64,000 bases of DNA from Podarcis gaigeae (taxonomy: Eukaryota). The notes under the pieces were generated by a model. The model saw nothing but the letters and a program-made list of their open reading frames with translations. It made no database searches and was not told where the DNA came from. A program made the translations under genes and the position numbers. Numbering within the stretch: the stretch's first letter is position 1; every line of letters begins with the position of its first letter. Where the stretch lies: assembly GCA_964106915.2 (NCBI GenBank), contig OZ066924.1; one strand, 5' to 3'. This document shows positions 61,701 through 64,000 of the stretch, one piece after another.

Positions 61701-64000
61701 GTTAATCAATTTCTCCTTAAAGTTGGACATGAAGTTCTCAGACAGAAGAAGAATTGGTGGAAAGATGGTCGCTTCCAGTCCGAATGGGTTGGCCCCTGTA
61801 TTATAGACTATGTTACTGATAATGGCTGTGCAATATTAAGAGATGCCTCTGGCTCAAGGCTGAAAAGGCCCATCAAAATATCTCATCTTAAGCCATATAT
61901 AAGAGGATCCCAGGAACAAGGTGAAAGTTATGTCTAGTTACACTCAATTATCTGGTTGTCACGTAGCATTAAACCATAGGTAAAGCAAATAAACTGGTGC
62001 ACACTGATCAAAAATCCCTTTCTGTGCCAGGAGCATCAAACCACAAGCCTATTCCTGTTATGTGTGAACCCAACTTGTGGTTTTCACTTCCAGATTACAA
62101 ATAGGAGCCAAGGTTTAGGGGAAGGAAACCTTGAGCCCAGACTTGCACGTAATGACAAGCCAGCCATCGTGGGTTGCTGCTCCTGGTACAGAGTGGGGAA
62201 GAGGGAAGCTGGGACTTTTGACTAGTGTGCACTAGCATGCATTAAACCATAGTTAACACATAAGGTTAAACCATAGTTGATGTTGAACTATGCCATTGAC
62301 TTTTTCTTTTCCCAAATAAGAGCAATTAATAAGTGAAGAATCTCAAAAGACCACCACAATTAAAAGCAATTTGATCTTATTATAGTTCCCATTTCTTCTT
62401 TTACATATGCAGATTTACGGGGAAGCTTTCTTGCCCTGTAAAACTTGCCTAAGGCTTTCCAGCCCTGCAAAACATGTTTTTTGTGTGTGCATTTTCTCCA
62501 GCTATACAGAGTCAGGTTGGCCTTTTGCCTGTTGAAATACACGCACTATAATAATTATGGACAGGATGCTGAGGTTTAAGGAAGCCTTGGAAATGCACCA
62601 CTGCTAATTACAGTAATTGTGAGAACTGTTCTGGGCATATAGTCCAGATAGTGATGTGTCTAAGAAGAGAACTGAAAATCCAGGCAGGATAAGGTTGTAG
62701 AAGTACGTGTTTCTGCTGCAGTTTATCCATGTGTGTAGTGGGTTACGGAAGGATGGCAGCATTTATTATTAAATTTTGGTGAATATGTTTGTGTGCTGTC
62801 TTCTGTAATCATTGAAGGAATTGCTGAAATGCAAAATGAGATGTCAAGAGCACTCCCTGTCTTCTCTCCCCCCCTCCCCCATTAAGTTAGGCTGTTCTGC
62901 TTTACCTAGCCAGTGAAAATATTGAATTGTTGAATCCCCTGAATGTTGTTTAAAGCACCTGTACTGAACCAATTTCCCAAAAATATCTTGTTTACTTGTG
63001 CAGAGAATGAACGTCTTCATGACGTCAGTCAGCATTCTGGCTTTCTGTGCTAGTTCAGAAGAGATAATTGAAATATTTAATTTCCATCTCCAGTCTATTT
63101 GTGACGGGCTCAGCAATTTCATTTCCTTTAAACCGACACTGAGTCACCAAGCATGATATTTAGAAAGGAGCCAACAGCTGCAAGCTGCACAGTCCAAAGA
63201 TCCAAATTGCAAGACAAAAAAATGACTGGGCTTTTGTGTTGTGTGTGGTGTTCTATTTTTTGTGGTGGTACTGGAGGAATGGATACAGGGCAGATTGGTT
63301 AACTGCTTCTTGACCAGTTTAGCAAGGAAGCTTCTTACTAGAAAATTTATTTAAGGCTTTTACATCAAGATGCCTTAACTGTAAAATTTATATTACCTCC
63401 AAATATCCCTATTTACAAATGTGTAAATATCTTGATGTATCGTGACAGAAAAAAGAGGAAAGAGAGAATGCTTTAAAAAAATAATATAAAATAAATCCTT
63501 TGGTCTGTTACAATATGGAGGCCAATTTCAGCCCCTTCCTTTATTAGCTGGGGCACTCTAAGAAGCACCTGCATATCCATTGTTGTAGTCTATCTCAGCT
63601 CTTAAAGAGAACGTATCAAGAACTGTGCCCCATAAAATGGGGTACAGATATGACATTCTGCTACCTCTGTATTGCTGCTCCTGTCCCTGGATTCAGAAGT
63701 GTACGATGCAAACGGTCATGTCTGGTAACCTTAGCCTAAATGAAACTTGGCTTCTAATCAAAATGTATTTTCCTATTGCAGTTAGCAGCTACATTTGGCA
63801 GAGTGCCGTCATGGTTGATCATGATTATGTTGGTTCATCCGAAACATCCGCAGGACAGAGCTCCAAAGATGTATTTTCTGGAAAAGGTCCACCTGTTCCC
63901 GTTGCTGCTGATGGCCTGTCAGGGAAGGACCGTGTCTTCTCAGAATGTAACAGTAGGGCAGAGACAGAATTGATAGACCCAGACTCCACTGACTCAGTGC
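55619..64000 (+). CDS. GIN1: GIN1 gypsy retrotransposon integrase-like protein 1, multi-exon span, incomplete at the window end
   Basis: MVRNGKNGGLHLKQISYYK; HHCC zinc-binding motif; rve integrase core; GPY/F-like WVGPC; spliceosomal introns with consistent phases. Confidence 0.96.
56677..56870 (+). CDS. GIN1: GIN1 coding exon 2 (194 nt)
   Basis: DNNLFYVGKDKRQMRLVIL...CHENHAGAHHGISRTLTLVESQYYWTSVTSDVKQW. Confidence 0.95.
56928..57280 (+). mobile_element. Sauria SINE in a GIN1 intron
   Basis: gggatgtgggtggcgctgtggtttaaaccactgagcc head (A-box) plus core; tail missing. Confidence 0.9.
57690..58300 (-). mobile_element. Old L2-like LINE fragment
   Basis: agttccgaagggtaagtgctgccactctaaaggccc..ttggcagccagtgca..ttgcactagctgcag, resembling the other L2 copies. 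Confidence 0.6.
58586..58891 (+). CDS. GIN1: GIN1 coding exon 3 (306 nt)
   Basis: VYACEHCQVAKN...PWTVVTLELMGPF...TDVFTKW...YGPPQKITIDQEEEFVHQ|gtaaga. Confidence 0.96.
59140..59325 (+). CDS. GIN1: GIN1 coding exon 4 (186 nt)
   Basis: INRELFEHFGTKELIMPYPQADHENEAVKTIRSFLLKYCTEHTKDWDDHLQAISYAFNLIDS. Confidence 0.92.
59440..59610 (+). CDS. GIN1: GIN1 coding exon 5 (171 nt)
   Basis: ETSNNTPYFQMFKRNPYIP...ERTISSCQ|gtaaat. Confidence 0.93.
60077..61445. mobile_element. Non-autonomous Tc1/mariner (pogo/Tigger-like) element, 1369 bp, with internal hairpin arrays
   Basis: TIRs CAGTGGTGCCCCGCAAGACGAA and TTCGTCTTGCGAGGCACCACTG; TA TSD at 60075-76 and 61446-47; no transposase ORF. Confidence 0.92.
60780..61223. 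repeat. ~100-bp GC-rich tandem minisatellite (about 4.5 units), each unit made of two palindromes
   Basis: gggggctttt at 61021 and 61121 and a variant at 60921 give a period of 100. Confidence 0.9.
61632..61920 (+). CDS. GIN1: GIN1 coding exon 6 (289 nt)
   Basis: NMKKMPVEQ...LKVGHEVLRQKKNWWKDGRFQSEWVGPCIIDYVTDNGCAILRD..RLKRPIKISHLKPYIR. Confidence 0.94.
63782..64000 (+). CDS. GIN1: GIN1 last coding exon (partial)
   Basis: ttttcctattgcag acceptor, phase 1, VSSYIWQSAVMVDHDYVG... open to the window end; DHDY motif as in mammalian GIN1. Confidence 0.88.

Noticed and set aside
55619-64000. Active gypsy retrotransposon
   Set aside because: Intron-containing, with no LTR, gag or RT; it is the host gene GIN1

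Overview
Vertebrate genomic DNA, almost certainly a lizard (Sauria SINEs, lacertid-type L2, CR1 and Tc1/mariner MITEs). Two genes sit head-to-head around a CpG island (~49.8-52.5 kb). PPIP5K2 (diphosphoinositol pentakisphosphate kinase 2) is on the - strand: non-coding exon 1 near 50.9 kb, ATG at 39645, 23 phase-consistent core exons down to 17593, then a C-terminal disordered region with alternative exons down to about 3.6 kb. GIN1 (domesticated gypsy/GINGER-type integrase) is on the + strand: ATG at 55619, 7 coding exons, the last running off the window end. I see no convincing wholly new biological system. The most interesting observations are: (1) several candidate cassette, micro and poison exons plus an excess of RBFOX motifs in the PPIP5K2 C-terminal region; (2) a uORF-loaded PPIP5K2 leader; (3) Glu in place of the first catalytic Asp of GIN1; (4) a 1.37-kb TA-flanked MITE whose interior is a nested fold-back array of 100-bp double-hairpin units; (5) several intronic inverted repeats. 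An N gap hides part of one PPIP5K2 exon. Comparisons with human orthologues are from recall, not from a search.
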